A model generated the notes under the pieces. The model made no database searches, was not told where the DNA came from, and saw nothing but the letters and a program-made list of their open reading frames with translations. A stretch of 63,159 nucleotides of DNA, counting the filler. It is 9 parts of 9 records of this genome, joined end to end, with 100 filler letters (N's around TTAATTAATTAA, not from the genome) between each part and the next. Parts side by side here need not be neighbours in the genome. Positions count along the whole stretch, not along the records: positions 7,126 to 12,962 come from SRR31147125_37608; positions 13,063 to 18,680 come from SRR31147125_37610; positions 18,781 to 28,054 come from SRR31147125_37636; 6 more parts are not named here. One strand, written 5' to 3'. Shown here piece by piece: positions 10,101 through 19,615 of the stretch. Position numbers and translations under genes: made by a program. Within the stretch, counting starts at the first letter, position 1. Each line of letters begins with the position of its first letter.

Positions 10101-12962
10101 CCTGCGGTGTTCCTATCCTCTGCGGCCCTGTTCGAGTGCCTTAGAAACCGCGGCTTCAATCCGGACTGCTTCATCGGTCACAGTGTCGGCGAGTACACGG
10201 CCCTCTTCTGCAGCGGCATGCTCGATTTTGATGACGCCATGGGCCTCATCATCAAGCGCTCCGATCTCATGAAGGAAGCCGCCGCCAAGTATCCCGGCAA
10301 AATCATGGTGGTATTCCGAAACGAAAAAGAGACGGCCCAATCCATTCGGGAATCGGGCCTCTCCGATATTTATATCACCAATAAAAACAGTGAAAACCAG
10401 ACCGCAGTATCGGGGAATGCCGACGCCATCGAGGCCTACTGCAATTTCTTGAACGGCAAAAACATTGTTTTCAGGAAACTGAACCTCTCCGGTGCATTCC
10501 ATACCCCGCTCTTCAGGGAAGCCGCCGAGCAATTAAGAGAGTACCTGGCGAAACTCACTTTCAACGATGTGCCCTTTTCCCGGGTCATCTCCAATGTGAC
10601 GGCACGGCCCTATCCGGAAAACCGCATGGATGTGAAGGATCTCTTAGCCAAGCAAATCACCTCACCGGTGGAGTTTATCAAATCCGTCGAGTACGTGTAC
10701 GAATCCGGCCGTACCCACTACATCGAGATCGGACCGGGACGTCTTCTCTCCAACCTTCTGAAGAAGATCAACATTGCCGAGTACCGGAGTGTGGTGACGG
10801 TGGATGTGAAAAAAGGCGAAGAGGCGTCCTTTGCCGAGTGTCGGGAATATCTAAAATCCTACAGCAGCATCTTTACCCGTCATCTGCCCCCGCGAGAGAC
10901 GATCCTGCCTGCACGGAAAAAATCGGCACTGATGGCGGCAGAACAACGGCGTCAACCGGGTTTACCCGCCGTTACACTGGAAGACGATTTCGACAGCTTC
11001 AAACGGGAAAACGCCGAACTGGCCGAAAAACTGCTCCATGAAGAGTTTCTGCGCCGAAAACGGGAAGCGGCCATGGAAGCGGTGGAGCGATTCAGCTTCA
11101 CCACTGACCCCATCGTTATCTCCGGTGTTTCCGTAGGACTTCCGGGAAAGGCCAACCGGGTCTTTGCATCGGACAATTTCGATCGGATTCTCGAAGGGAA
11201 CAATTTCATCGAACCCCTCACCATCGAAGAGCAGCGGAAGATCACCGACAAGAACATCACACGGCTGTTCAAACAGCCCGACGGCAATGCGCGGTTTGTG
11301 GAGATCACCCGGACGGAAGATGTCATCCATCTGGCCGGACAGCTCGGTTACTTCAGCCTCACCGACGAGTACGGCATCAAAGCGCAGTACGACGTGAGCA
11401 TGGGCCTGGCTGTGGCAGCCGGTATCGAAGCGCTGAAGGATGCCGGAATCCCCTTGGTGATGCAGTACAAAAAATCCACCTCCGGCGACAAGATGATTCC
11501 CGACGGGTTTGCCCTGCCCAAAGAGATGCAGGACGACACCGGTGTCATCATCACGTCCCTCTTTGCCACCCATGAAACCCTGATTCAGGAGATGGAGAAG
11601 TATCTCTACGACAAGCTCTTTCTGAAGTCCTATGAAGAGTTCGAGACCATCTACTACTATCTCATGGAGAACGTCAAAGACGGGGCAGTGAAAGCGTCCC
11701 TCACCGACTGGTTTTTCAAGATCCGAAATCGCAAAAAAGAAGACTTCACCACCTACAAGTTCGATCGAAATTTCCTGATGAACGCATGCCCCTTGGGAGC
11801 GGCTCACCTGGCCCAGATCATCCGGGCAAAGGGTCCCAATACCCTTCTCAGCTGCGCCTGCGCATCCACTACCCAGGCCATTGGTGTGGCTGAAGACTGG
11901 ATCCGTGTGGGACGCTGTAAACGGGTCATCGTCATCGGTGGTGAGAACGCCACCTCCGAGGCTCAGAATCAGTGGATCGGCACCGGCTTTCTGGCGCTGG
12001 GTGCGGCTACGGTGAAAAAACGGGTTTCCGAAGCGGCCAAACCGTTCGACAGCGACCGAAACGGCACCATCCTCGGCAGCGGTGCCGTAGGACTTGTGGT
12101 GGAAAAACAAAATGAGGTGCTGGATCGCGGAATGAAGGGACAGGTCGAAGTTCTCGGCACCCACATGGCCAACAGCGCCTACCACACCTTCAACATCGAT
12201 GTGCCTCACATGGCCGCCGAGATGAAGCGCTTCATCACCAAGATAGAAGAGCAGCACCATTTGAAACCAAAAGAGTATGCCGGTAAATTGCTCTTCATGT
12301 CCCATGAGACCTACACGCCTGCCAGGGGCGGCAGTGCCGACGCCGAAGTGACCGCGCTGAAAAGCGCCTTCAGCGACCATCTCAACGAGATCTGTATCTC
12401 CAATACCAAAGGCTTTACCGGACATACCCTGGGTGCGGCCATCGAGGATGTGGTGATGGTCAAAGCGTTGCAACGCCGTCAGGCACCGCCCATTGCCAAC
12501 CTGAGCAAGATTCCGGATCATTTCAAAGAACTCAACTTCAGCGGCAGAGGAAAGATGGCGTGCGAGTACGGTCTCCATCTGGCGGCCGGTTTCGGATCTC
12601 ATTTTGCGTTTCTGTTTGTGAAGCGCATCCAGGAAAACAGCTTTGAGAACAACCGGGAATATGCATTGTGGTTGGAGAAGATCACGGGAAGTTACAACCC
12701 CGAGCTGAAGATCATCGACAACACCCTGTGCGTCGTACCCGGTGACAAACCCAAAGCAGCGGTGGACACGGCTCAACCGACACGAGCGATTCCATCCCCC
12801 TCGGCAACAAGTGCGTCGTCGGCTCTCCAGGCTTCAGCCACTCCGGTTGCAGCACCGACAGCGGCTCCGGTATCGCCATCGACACCGACACCTGCCGCAG
12901 CAGCGTCGTCACCGGCGACGGCCCCTTCCGCACCCGCAGCTCCGGCAGCTTCAACGGCACCG
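7126..12962 (+). CDS. Fragment of a large type I polyketide/Pfa-like fatty acid synthase (KS-KS*-AT-KS), frameshift near 9800
   Basis: KS1 DAACASS/EAHGTST/KSQIGH; KS2 DASCASA without the His residues; AT GQGAQ/GHSVG/GAFH; KS3 SCACAST/SHETYT/GHTLG. ORFs 7189-9957 and 9561-13010 overlap in a Pro/Ala linker. Confidence 0.85.
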
Positions 12963-13086
12963 NNNNNNNNNNNNNNNNNNNNNNNNNNNNNNNNNNNNNN
13001 NNNNNNTTAATTAATTAANNNNNNNNNNNNNNNNNNNNNNNNNNNNNNNNNNNNNNNNNNNNGGATGTCACGCAGTGACAGGGGGA

Positions 13087-13158
13087 TTACTCAAGCATAT
13101 CCGTAAATAGCTCTACTATTGCGCTTTCATATTTTTCTTCGGTGAAGTTTGGGTGCAT
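13087..13158 (-). pseudogene. hsdR: Probable hsdR 5' stub (MHPNFTEEKYESAIVELFTDMLE*)
   Basis: RBS AAAGGA, resemblance to HsdR N-termini (FTE..YE.A..ELF), expected position downstream of hsdM/hsdS; stops next to a palindromic element. Confidence 0.5.
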
Positions 13159-13432
13159 TAAGATTCCTTTATTATATATTTAACTCTTCTTCCATCATAC
13201 AAATATTTTCTATTATTATTTGGTATTTTTCAATTATTCAATGAAATAACCACACCAACCGTCGATCCTATTAGTGCATAACAGAAACAAAACCTTCAAT
13301 ACCAAACTCAACATTAAAGCTTATTCTGCTACTCCTAATCATAAAACAAAAATCCAACCACTAATTTACTTCAACAAAGACATCTTTGCTTATTGAAATT
13401 CTATCTTATGTATTTATTGAAATTTTTTTATA

Positions 13433-14032
13433 TTATACATCTAGTCTTATTTCTTCACTCATTTGTTCACATAACTTTTGCAACAAAGGCATCATTTTTT
13501 TCACTTCAGGTTCACTTATCAAATCTGCCTGTAATAGCATATCTTGTGCTCCCTTATACAGCATAACTATATATTTATTGACAAACTCTTCAATTCCTGA
13601 AAAGTATTTGGTGATTTCAGAACTATAAAGAAGTTCTATCCTTTCAAAATATGTGGCGTAAGTGAATATCTGAAGTGGGTTAACATCAGCCACTTTCTTT
13701 TTATCCAACTTTCCAATCAGTGTAATAATCAACTTTTCAACTTTTTCGACACTTGATTTGTATTGTTGGGTACTTCCTAATATCAATGAAACCACTCGAT
13801 ATACTTCATATCTTTTTTCAAATAAAGCAATATCATTTTGTTGTTTCAAAAACTCTTCTTGTCTTTTAGAAGTCCTCCAGCTAAACCAAATAGCAGCACC
13901 GCCTACAAATAAGCTTGCAATTATTCCACACATAGTTAGCCAGTCAAACCTATTTGCTGATATAAAATATATTTCTAATTCACCGAGTATTCTGACAATC
14001 TGTTCTTGCACTTCGGGTTTAATCGTCTCCAT
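13433..14032 (-). CDS. Hypothetical membrane-anchored protein
   Basis: 199 aa, RBS GAGGT, one TM segment then 'QQNDIALFEKRYEVY' helix. Confidence 0.7.
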   Translation of the reverse strand: METIKPEVQEQIVRILGELEIYFISANRFDWLTMCGIIASLFVGGAAIWFSWRTSKRQEEFLKQQNDIALFEKRYEVYRVVSLILGSTQQYKSSVEKVEKLIITLIGKLDKKKVADVNPLQIFTYATYFERIELLYSSEITKYFSGIEEFVNKYIVMLYKGAQDMLLQADLISEPEVKKMMPLLQKLCEQMSEEIRLDV

Positions 14033-14045
14033 ACTTACACCTCAT

Positions 14046-14435
14046 TTATTTGATGCTATGCCAATATGATGTATTCTTTCTTATCTTTCTTTGTTCAAAA
14101 AGTCTATTCAAGATTGCTTCAGCATCTTCTATCGACATATTTAGATTGTTTGCTATACCTTTTGCTTTTACGTCACCTTTAGAGTTTATGTATTCAAGAA
14201 CTTGCTCATCATATGGGTGCTCTTCTTTATATCTTCTTTCTTTATTTTCATTTTGATAATACTCTGCTGCTTCACTATAGTAAGTTTCAATTTTATAGAG
14301 ATACTTTTTTGCTTGTTCTTCACTCTCTTTTGCTTTAGATGCCTTAATCCATGCAACAATTGCACCACCAGCTGCTAAAATAACTGTTATCACGTCACTG
14401 AAATTCACTTTGAACGTTTCTGAAAAATCAAACAT
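14046..14435 (-). CDS. Hypothetical protein: N-terminal TM plus C-terminal winged-helix-like domain
   Basis: VITVILAAGGAIVAWI; VLEYI...AKGIANNLNMS...ILNRL. Confidence 0.7.
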   Translation of the reverse strand: MFDFSETFKVNFSDVITVILAAGGAIVAWIKASKAKESEEQAKKYLYKIETYYSEAAEYYQNENKERRYKEEHPYDEQVLEYINSKGDVKAKGIANNLNMSIEDAEAILNRLFEQRKIRKNTSYWHSIK

Positions 14436-14437
14436 AT

Positions 14438-15658
14438 CTACACCTCCATCCCTTCAACATTCAACTCACCACTCATTAACTTAGGCAATAAAGCATCACG
14501 AGTCTGCTGTAAACAAATAATTTCATCATCCAATGTATTTATTTGTTTAAAAATTGTTTCAAAAAAAACAAAATATTTTTCTCTAATAGTTATAGGTGGT
14601 AGTTGTACTTCAACTTCCGCGAGCCCCTTTTTATTCAAAGAATCAAAAACCGAACCACCAGATGCTCTATTTTTTATAGTTTCAATGCTATATTTAATCA
14701 AATAATATAAAACACTTGTTGGGATTTCTTCACCTCTTATCGATGCCAAACCCCGACCAATACAGCACTCATTAACTGCAATATTCATATCTCCAACAGG
14801 TGCTCGAACACTTATTAGAATATCATCTTTTTGAGCTATCCGTTTTGGTTCACTACACCATTTCTCAATTTTGGGTTTTCTTAATCCAAATTCCTTACTA
14901 CCTTGAAAAAATGGCAATCCATTCCCATCATAATTATAAGTTGTTGATGGCGGTGATTGCCCCATTGTGATTGTTGCAACATCTTCAAGATGCTTCTTTA
15001 TCCAGTTTTCTTCTGCTTCATCCACAAACCAGTTCTTAAAAATCGTCTGTGCAATTTCTTCCAGCTTTTCGCAAGTCTTACGGTTATTCTCTATTTTATT
15101 ATCCAGCGAGGATAAAATATTAACAATTATTTTTTGTGTATCTATATTTGGATATGCTATATCTAATTTTCTAACATTATCTTTTGTTATCGTCTTTGTT
15201 ACACTACCAGTTGCTTTAGTTTTAATATAGCGTTCATAATTTTCCATGAACAAATATGCATATTTTTGAAGAATCACCTCTTCGTTAACTCTTATCAAAA
15301 ATAAATTCATTGCTAAAGAAACTGGTTTCTCCATATTAGGCATTAAATATACACTACCTGCATTTGCAATTTTATTCATAAGTATATCTCCAGAGTATAC
15401 TTTAGATTTCTCTAAAAAATGATACGCACTCTCAGAAATATACTTAAAATCATTTTTACTAAATGCGTTCTTTTCAAAGTTAGTAGTACGTATCATTACC
15501 GCATAGTCTTCTTCATCTAGTAGTTCAACGTTTTTTTTAAGAATTTTGTATGAACCATTAGCATGATAATCTGTAAGCAAAAGAATAAGATTGCCAAGTT
15601 TATCTATCTCCCACGAACTTGGTACTTTACCGAATTCTGCAAATTTATTATTATCCAT
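14438..15658 (-). CDS. hsdS: Type I R-M specificity subunit
   Basis: Two TRDs, ILSSLDNKIENN spacer, C-terminal RDALLPKLMSGE. Confidence 0.95.
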   Translation of the reverse strand: MDNNKFAEFGKVPSSWEIDKLGNLILLLTDYHANGSYKILKKNVELLDEEDYAVMIRTTNFEKNAFSKNDFKYISESAYHFLEKSKVYSGDILMNKIANAGSVYLMPNMEKPVSLAMNLFLIRVNEEVILQKYAYLFMENYERYIKTKATGSVTKTITKDNVRKLDIAYPNIDTQKIIVNILSSLDNKIENNRKTCEKLEEIAQTIFKNWFVDEAEENWIKKHLEDVATITMGQSPPSTTYNYDGNGLPFFQGSKEFGLRKPKIEKWCSEPKRIAQKDDILISVRAPVGDMNIAVNECCIGRGLASIRGEEIPTSVLYYLIKYSIETIKNRASGGSVFDSLNKKGLAEVEVQLPPITIREKYFVFFETIFKQINTLDDEIICLQQTRDALLPKLMSGELNVEGMEV

Positions 15659-16718
15659 CTACTTCACCATCTTCCTGGGTATCAAGTACAATTTCATATT
15701 GACTTTCAATTATTTCACCATCTTCTAAGTCTTTATCATAAATTACGTTAGTGTACTCGATTTCTTTATCTGGCAAAGCACAGTCTAAATGAACGGTTAT
15801 TCTCCTATATTTATTATTCTTTATGTCCTTATAATAAACATCAATTGAGGTTTCTAAAGATATTCCATCAAAGAAGACATTTTCTCCATCATCATCTTCA
15901 GAGTACTTAGCTCTATATAGTCTTAACTCCTCATTTAAAATTCGTATAGTCTTCAACTCAAACTCTGGTCTGCTTGCAAATAATAAACCATTAACTTCAT
16001 CCTTTAGACTATCTAAAAAATAACCACTTCCAATATAATCCTCATATTCAAGAAATTCTTCATCAATCTTATATTCATACTTCAAATGTTCCAATACTTG
16101 CTCTACAGACCTAAATATTTTAAAATTACATTTTAAATCATTCTTTAGCACTTTTTCATCAAAATCATTATCTTTTGTAAAAAATATAATTTCATCATCA
16201 TAATTATATGAATAATTTACGATAGTTTCCCATATAACTGCATCTTTGAAACCTGCGTCTTTATATTGCTTATTATTTTGCTTTAAAGTTTTAAAAGGTT
16301 GTTTCTTTTCAATTGCACGACCAATAATTGAATTGAAGGCATCTGGATACTCGCATATTTCTGCACCACAACTATCAATATACTTGTCACGAGAGTTTGC
16401 AATATGATTTTTATACTCCCTATTCGTAAATTTTATCTCCATACATAGTGGTTGTTCAATTATTGAAGATAAATCATTATTAATTTTTTCAATCTCAGAG
16501 TATGCTGATTTAGTCCTGCTACTATACCCATATCGATAATGCTCAAATATTTCGTTAACAGCTATTCTTGAAACTACCAATTTCACTTTTTTTGTGATTC
16601 TGTACTTACTTATTGCTTCAACGATTCTGTTGTAGTTTGAAGAGAACTCATATTTGAAATAATTCTTTTTTGTAGGTATTTCTAATACATTTGTATCAAA
16701 GAATAAATAAGAATTCAT
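15651..16718 (-). CDS. PIN-domain protein (DUF4935/PIN_12-like)
   Basis: YLFFDTNVL, AVNEI, GFKDAVIWETI, FFTKDNDF give the PIN acidic tetrad. Confidence 0.8.
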   Translation of the reverse strand: MNSYLFFDTNVLEIPTKKNYFKYEFSSNYNRIVEAISKYRITKKVKLVVSRIAVNEIFEHYRYGYSSRTKSAYSEIEKINNDLSSIIEQPLCMEIKFTNREYKNHIANSRDKYIDSCGAEICEYPDAFNSIIGRAIEKKQPFKTLKQNNKQYKDAGFKDAVIWETIVNYSYNYDDEIIFFTKDNDFDEKVLKNDLKCNFKIFRSVEQVLEHLKYEYKIDEEFLEYEDYIGSGYFLDSLKDEVNGLLFASRPEFELKTIRILNEELRLYRAKYSEDDDGENVFFDGISLETSIDVYYKDIKNNKYRRITVHLDCALPDKEIEYTNVIYDKDLEDGEIIESQYEIVLDTQEDGEVDG

Positions 16719-16719
16719 T

Positions 16720-18234
16720 TTAAATCTCCCAACCAATCCCCTTTAACTGCTTCTTAACTTCTACCGTTAACTTATCCCCTTCTTTAAAAAGCTCCGAAAG
16801 TTCAGATGTCAAACGCTCCATCTTCTCATCAAATGGCTCGCCGTCTTCCTCTTCTGCTTCAAGACCAACATAACGCCCAGGGGTTAGAATGTAATCGTTT
16901 TTCTTAATATCATCAAGGGTTGCAGACTTACAGAACCCTGCTATATCTTCATAGCCTTCTGATTTCTGCCAGTTTTCAGCGGTTTGCGCAATCTTTTGAA
17001 TATCTCCTAAGTTGTTTTCATCTGTATTGAAAGTCAGCTCTCTCAGCTTACGTGATATCATTGTGCCCATATTTCTGGCATCAATAAAAAGTGTTTCACC
17101 TTTGCGCTGTTTATTTTTTGTGATAAACCAAAGGCAGACTGGAATCTGTGTCGTATAAAAAAGCTGTGATGGCATCGCAACAATCACTTCTACCATATCA
17201 TCTTCCAAAATCTTTTGGCGGATATCGCCTTCACCACTCGCTTGAGATGAAAGAGAACCGTTAGCAAGAATCAATCCCATTTTGCCATTTGGTGCAAGGT
17301 GATGGATCATATGTTGCATCCATGCATAGTTAGCATTGGCAGCAGGCGGCAAACCGTATTTCCACCGCACATCATCTTTTACTTGAGATTGTGGCCAGTC
17401 CATATTGAATGGCGGATTTGCCAATACATAATCCGCTTTTAGTGTTTTATGTTGATCATTGGTAAAACTATCGGCATTAAATGACCCAAGATTAGCTTCA
17501 ATCCCACGGATCGCAAGGTTCATCATGCACATTTTCCATGTGGTTGGGTTGCTCTCTTGACCATAAACCGATATGTTGTTGATATTGCCTTGATGCGCTT
17601 TGATAAATTTAGCTGATTGAACAAACATACCTCCGCTTCCACAAGCAGGGTCATACACGCGCCCTTGATATGGTCTTAAAACTTCAACCATAGTTTGAAC
17701 AACGCATGCTGGCGTATAGAATTCTCCGCCACGCTTGCCTTCGGCTTCTGCAAACATAGAAAGGCAATACTCATACACTCTTCCAAGAGTATCTTGTTCC
17801 TCTTGTCCATGTAAAGCAAGGTTAGAGAAAAGGTCGACAACTTCTCCAAGTCTTCTTTTATCAAGCTCTGGTCTTGCATAGTTTTTAGGCAAAACACCCT
17901 TAAGCTGTTTATTTTGGCTCTCAATAGAACTCATAGCATCATCAATCATCTTGCCGATTTCTGGTGATTTAGAGTGGCTTTTTATATAGTTCCACCTAGC
18001 TTCTTGTGGCACAAAAAAGATACCATCCATCATATATTCATCTCTATCCTCTTCAAAACCATCGCCTTCAGAAAGCAACTCATTGTATCTATCTTCGAAC
18101 TTATCCGAAATATACTTCAAAAAAATAAGCCCCAAAACAACATGCTTATACTCAGAAGCATCCATACTGCCTCTTAGTTTATCCGCTGCTGCCCAAAGGT
18201 CTTTCTCAAACTTTAGTGTACTATTGTCTGCCAT
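16720..18234 (-). CDS. hsdM: Type I R-M N6-adenine methyltransferase
   Basis: LWAAADKLRG, GEFYTP, YDPACGSGGM, ANPPFN. Confidence 0.97.
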   Translation of the reverse strand: MADNSTLKFEKDLWAAADKLRGSMDASEYKHVVLGLIFLKYISDKFEDRYNELLSEGDGFEEDRDEYMMDGIFFVPQEARWNYIKSHSKSPEIGKMIDDAMSSIESQNKQLKGVLPKNYARPELDKRRLGEVVDLFSNLALHGQEEQDTLGRVYEYCLSMFAEAEGKRGGEFYTPACVVQTMVEVLRPYQGRVYDPACGSGGMFVQSAKFIKAHQGNINNISVYGQESNPTTWKMCMMNLAIRGIEANLGSFNADSFTNDQHKTLKADYVLANPPFNMDWPQSQVKDDVRWKYGLPPAANANYAWMQHMIHHLAPNGKMGLILANGSLSSQASGEGDIRQKILEDDMVEVIVAMPSQLFYTTQIPVCLWFITKNKQRKGETLFIDARNMGTMISRKLRELTFNTDENNLGDIQKIAQTAENWQKSEGYEDIAGFCKSATLDDIKKNDYILTPGRYVGLEAEEEDGEPFDEKMERLTSELSELFKEGDKLTVEVKKQLKGIGWEI

Positions 18235-18336
18235 TACATAATCCTTTAGTATTCGATATTTTCAAAAACAATTATAACACTTTCGTGCATTTTTTTCCAT
18301 ATAACGCTTCATTTTTTTATTGATAACTACATTTAT

Positions 18337-18680
18337 CTACTCAGCATACACCAAACACTTCCTCGACGCACTCCCAGTATAATAAAAAGGATAACATGTA
18401 ACCAAAACCAAGCTACTATTACTATCAGCCTCAAAGGCTATTGGCTCATCGCTATCTATAATCTGGATTTTCGAAACCCTGTAGTTGTACACTTTGTTGT
18501 TGTACGAAATCGATATCTTATCTCCTACCTCAGCATATTTTAGTATCTTAAACTCTGTATCTCTGTGCGCCATCAATACGCACAATCCCTCTTGCCCTGG
18601 TAGAGATGATGACGGAAGCCAGCCTATGTCTTTCTTAAGCGTTTTCTCATCTACGCCTTGCATTACATCGTATGTTTTTT
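18337..18680 (-). CDS. Sortase (class D-like), 5' truncated
   Basis: AHRDT, LVLVTCYPF and downstream Arg. Confidence 0.85.
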
Positions 18681-18937
18681 NNNNNNNNNNNNNNNNNNNN
18701 NNNNNNNNNNNNNNNNNNNNNNNNTTAATTAATTAANNNNNNNNNNNNNNNNNNNNNNNNNNNNNNNNNNNNNNNNNNNNTTCCCCCTTATAGGTGAGAG
18801 ATTGGAATTGCCTGCCGTCTCTGGGTAGGCACGGGGAGCGAGCGGCGATCGCCCTACTTTAACACGCATCGTCACTTTGGCAACATGCCGCCTGATTAAA
18901 ATACGGTTCTCTCGAGTAAAACTTGTTTCGGAAGATC

Positions 18938-19057
18938 TCCCCCTTTGCCAAAGGGGGGCCGGTGGGGATTTTTCCGGGTTCGCAAAGCCCAAAATTTATC
19001 GGTGCTTTTTCTAACGCCTTAAAATCCCGCTGAATCCTCCTTTTTCAAAGGGGGACT
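18938..19057. repeat. REP-like pair of inverted GC-rich palindromes
   Basis: CCCCCTTTGCCAAAGGGGG...GGGGATTT facing AAATCCC...CCTCCTTTTTCAAAGGGGG. Confidence 0.6.
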
Positions 19058-19138
19058 TATCCACTGCAGTATCAATGTTCCGATCTAAGTCAATCTTACC
19101 TTCATTCTGGAAGCTTGGGCCTTTCAGAGCACCGGATC

Positions 19139-19170
19139 AAAAAAATGCCTCACCAATATTTGGTGAGGCA
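19139..19170 (-). terminator. Rho-independent terminator after the candidate selenoprotein gene
   Basis: TGCCTCACCA-N5-TGGTGAGGCA stem followed by 7 T on the minus strand. Confidence 0.85.
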
Positions 19171-19202
19171 ACGTCAGGGTTGAAAATGAGTCGACGCCCT
19201 CA

Positions 19203-19496
19203 TCACTCCTTTATGGTGCCCCGATAGGTTCCCGCATCGCGCAGATGCTGCTCCATCTGCTCGATGGTGATCTTTGCCGGGTCGTATACCACCCGGTTGA
19301 CCTCTTTGAACTTACGCCAGCCTTTTTCTACTGAGATGACACCCGGCCGCCCTTCCAGGGCAGCGTCGCCTACGTCGTATCAGGCGACCTCGAAAGTAAC
19401 CTGGGATGTTTGCGCCAGGGCAGGCACTGCCGATATTGCGCTGAAAAGAACAAAGCACCCCATAAACAACAAGAACCATTTCATGATCCATTTCAT
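19203..19496 (-). CDS. Candidate exported selenoprotein, 97 aa, Sec39, MsrA-core/HMA-like; not in the ORF track
   Basis: AGGAGG RBS (19504-19509), signal peptide ending ALA|Q, in-frame TGA at 19380-19382, 58 further codons to a TGATGA double stop, SECIS-like hairpin, terminator. Confidence 0.8.
19346..19364 (-). promoter_or_regulatory. Bacterial SECIS-like hairpin
   Basis: GCTGCCC-TGGAA-GGGCGGC; apical loop begins 22 nt after the UGA and has G at position 2. Confidence 0.7.
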
Positions 19497-19615
19497 ATTC
19501 CGGCCTCCTGTTCGTTTGGCGGCAAAGCCAGGGGTCGATTCCATGCGGGGGGGGGAGGGAAAACAAGATAGCCCCGGCTTTGCCGTTTAGCGGTGATCGC
19601 GATCACCGGAGATGG

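Noticed and set aside
8053-12776. Long antisense ORFs (335 aa, 604 aa) opposite the PKS
   Set aside because: Codon-bias shadows of a GC-rich gene with no domain signatures. The same applies to most overlapping ORFs in the track.
13180-13400. Possible small membrane-protein gene before the hsdR stub
   Set aside because: The frame is broken and there is no recognisable homology.
19264-19590. ORF-track ORFs 19264-19590 (+) and 19312-19566 (-)
   Set aside because: No RBS or recognisable motifs. They are shadows of the UGA-containing gene.
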